DNA of 63,173 nt, filler included, from Candidatus Woesearchaeota archaeon (GTDB lineage: Archaea > Nanobdellota > Nanobdellia > Pacearchaeales > UBA284): the NCBI GenBank assembly GCA_964354405.1. It is 27 parts of 27 records of this genome, joined end to end, with 100 filler letters (N's around TTAATTAATTAA, not from the genome) between each part and the next. Parts side by side here need not be neighbours in the genome. Positions count along the whole stretch, not along the records: positions 60,510 to 61,806 come from CAYGZP010000039.1; positions 61,907 to 63,173 come from CAYGZP010000040.1; 25 more parts are not named here. The stretch is one strand, 5' to 3'. Shown here piece after piece: positions 60,928 through 63,173 of this stretch. Numbering within the stretch: position 1 is the first letter of the stretch; each line of letters starts with the position of its first letter. A model generated the notes under the pieces. That model saw nothing but the letters and a program-made list of their open reading frames with translations, was not told the origin of the DNA and ran no database searches. The position numbers were made by a program, and so were the translations under genes.

Positions 60928-61806
60928 TTATCCGCAGTTGTTTTGGTTAGTGTTATCTATTGATGGCAATCCTTCTGGTGCAATCTTTACAAGAAGAGCA
61001 TCATTAATATCTGTCTTTTTAGAATCAGCTAATACTTTTCTTATATTCTTTTCTTTAAATATTCTTTCCACTTCTTCTTTTATTGCCTTTTGAGTGTCAC
61101 TTATAGTTGATATTGATAATCCTGTAGAAAGTTCAAATACACCATTTGTATCTTGTTCCATCATTAAATTAATATCTTCAAATCCAGGAATAACTATCTT
61201 CTTACCATATCTTTCTGCAAATATATCACCAACTCTTGAACTATAAAATTTAGAAAATCCTTTTTTAATTCTTTCAGGAATAGATCTTTTATCTATAACT
61301 CTTTGTTCACCATTTATTTCAATCACTTCATACTCATTAGTTTCAAGATTAGACTTATAAATAATATCCTGTATATCTTTTTCTATCTTAACTTCAGGAG
61401 AAACTGTTTTAGCAGTAATATTATAATTACTTCTAAGATCTGCTAGAGCAGCTTGGTTGATTCTATCTTCATATTGTCCTGTTGTTTCACCTTCTTGTTT
61501 AAGAATAGTGTCATGTTTTGTTTCATGAATTAATGCAAAGGTAAACCATTCGTCAACACTACCAAATTCATTTTCAGCTAAAGGTGTAGCAAAAGATCCA
61601 TCTAATTGTTTAGCAGGAGTGGTCCAAGCTTTATTATTAAACTTCTGTTCCATTCCTTTTTGATCAATTGTTATAACTCCTGTTTCTCTGTTATTGCTCA
61701 TTGCCACAACAGTTTCTTTCTTTGAATCAATGTTGTCTACAAATTCAATAGGTTTACCTCTAAATGATTTCTGTGCAATTCCTTTTTCTACAGTGAATAG
61801 TTCTTT
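60928..61806 (-). CDS. C-terminus of a large phage protein containing an HExxH motif
   Basis: Frame open to the contig end; FALIHETKH...YEDRINQ.AL. Confidence 0.55.
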   Translation of the reverse strand, partial: KELFTVEKGIAQKSFRGKPIEFVDNIDSKKETVVAMSNNRETGVITIDQKGMEQKFNNKAWTTPAKQLDGSFATPLAENEFGSVDEWFTFALIHETKHDTILKQEGETTGQYEDRINQAALADLRSNYNITAKTVSPEVKIEKDIQDIIYKSNLETNEYEVIEINGEQRVIDKRSIPERIKKGFSKFYSSRVGDIFAERYGKKIVIPGFEDINLMMEQDTNGVFELSTGLSISTISDTQKAIKEEVERIFKEKNIRKVLADSKKTDINDALLVKIAPEGLPSIDNTNQNNCG

Positions 61807-61906
61807 NNNNNNNNNNNNNNNNNNNNNNNNNNNNNNNNNNNNNNNNNNNNTTAATTAATTAANNNNNNNNNNNNNNNNNNNNNNNNNNNNNNNNNNNNNN
61901 NNNNNN

Positions 61907-63157
61907 CCAGTCCCATTCGTACTTCGTGATCGCCCAGCCGTCGGGGTGATACGACCCGTCATCGTAGAAATGGATCGGGACACCGATGTCCGCGCTCAAC
62001 GGATCGGCCGCGGCCTTCGCGATCGGCGGTGGGACATACTCCACGACCTCGACCGTCGACAGAATCCATGCGTCGATCTGACCCATGTTCGGGTCGGAGA
62101 CCTTGTCGATCACGCGCACAAGAATCGGATACTCTCCCAAAGGCGCAGCCTTCTCGTTCTCGATCGCTCCCGCGAAGAGGAAACTGCCGTCCGGATTGCT
62201 TGAGATGAAATCGAGCTGGACCACGCTGCTGAACAATTCCGGCGCCTCGATGTAGACGGCATCGATAGTGTCAAGCCCCTGATGGTCATAGACGCCGACA
62301 CTGATCTCCGCGGGGACGCCGGAGACATCCGATAGCGGCTCGGGCATCTCGACCGTGATCTGACAGGCCTCGATCGAGTTCGCCTCGGGAGGGAAATCCG
62401 TGACGGGGTCGACCACAGGTCCGCCCGGATCGACCCAGCTCACATCGACCGCGTAGCCGAATTGAAAACCTCCGGACGGGATTTTCAGATGCACCGATTT
62501 CGTCTCTTCGGTTCCCGGGAGAAACATTCGTCGCGGATTGTTTTTGCCGTACGCGATGTAGGGATTCAGCGTCGCCGTGAGATTCGACCCGATCGCATAT
62601 TTCCCCTTGTAGTACTTATAAATAGGCGGCACAGGGAGCGACTGCGGATATTCCGTGGGATTGAAGAGCGACGTGTAGCCGTCGAAATTGACGAGCGTCG
62701 GGAATGCGTCGCCGATCGCAGCCTGCCTGCCTGATGCCGGGAACGTGTATTCTCCGCCGGAGATGAAGATGGCGCGGAGGTCGAACGCCGTGAAATTCAG
62801 ACTCGAGGGATTTTCGATCGGGTGTTTGATCGTGAGATCGAGTGATATTTCTCCCGGAGCGGGAGACTGGAGGTTACTGATAACCAGGCAATCGCTGCAA
62901 AGCCCGACTTCGAGCATGCGTGTCACATTCAGATGAAAATCCGCCGCCCTCAAGGGCATGATCTCGACGGACTCATGATCCTCAGAAACGTCGACCGCCC
63001 AAAGTCCGACAAGATGCCGGTTGTTCGCATACGTATCGGATTGGAGCGTGATGTCGGCCGACCCTAAATCTATCGGCGATTGCGCAACACCGCCCCCGCA
63101 GCCTGCCAGGAGCAACAGGCTGACAAGGCTCACAGCTCTGAGTACATTCTTGCACAT
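61907..63157 (-). CDS. Lipoprotein with PKD domain (3'-truncated)
   Basis: Lipobox LLAGC; PPIA.A......V.IHF...GSY.PDG..I.KYEWDW. Confidence 0.75.
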
Positions 63158-63173
63158 CGGCCTACACTCCTGA

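Noticed and set aside
5550..61906. Recurring TTAATTAATTAA flanked by N runs as a biological repeat or CRISPR-like array
   Set aside because: Fixed-format artificial spacer between length-sorted contigs; ORF ends such as X..LIN are artefacts.
1..63173. CRISPR array, rRNA, tRNA, retron or DGR
   Set aside because: No regularly spaced repeats, rRNA-like tracts, convincing cloverleaf or reverse transcriptase seen by eye; small RNAs could have been missed without covariance searches.

Overview
This window is not one locus. It is 27 short metagenomic contigs (5.5 kb down to 1.3 kb, sorted by length) joined by an artificial 100-nt spacer (N44-TTAATTAATTAA-N44), so gene neighbourhoods mean nothing across spacers. 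Contents: (i) three AT-rich fragments that look like DPANN (Pace-/Woesearchaeota-like) archaea: S-layer-like gene, pheS-MazG-pheT; exosome rrp4/41/42-rpoK-eno-pcm; DUF5652 plus a bacterial-type fabH. (ii) Two fragments of a polinton-like/virophage-like virus: penton, major capsid, A32-like ATPase, two GIY-YIG nucleases, a permuted-papain protease and a triple Arc/RHH-like repeat protein. (iii) A small double-jelly-roll-capsid virus operon with a consensus sigma70 promoter and an upstream all-helical protein. (iv) A probable archaeal spindle-type virus or plasmid with a minimal tyrosine recombinase next to a dif-like 11-6-11 site. (v) Many tailed-phage fragments. (vi) Bacterial fragments: an Rhs toxin/immunity cassette, an essentially complete IS481, gcvH-gcvPA, an aldehyde:ferredoxin oxidoreductase, and two lipoproteins, one with a G9 tract that frameshifts its signal peptide. 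No rRNA, tRNA or CRISPR array was seen. All calls come from motif recognition by eye; no database searches were run.
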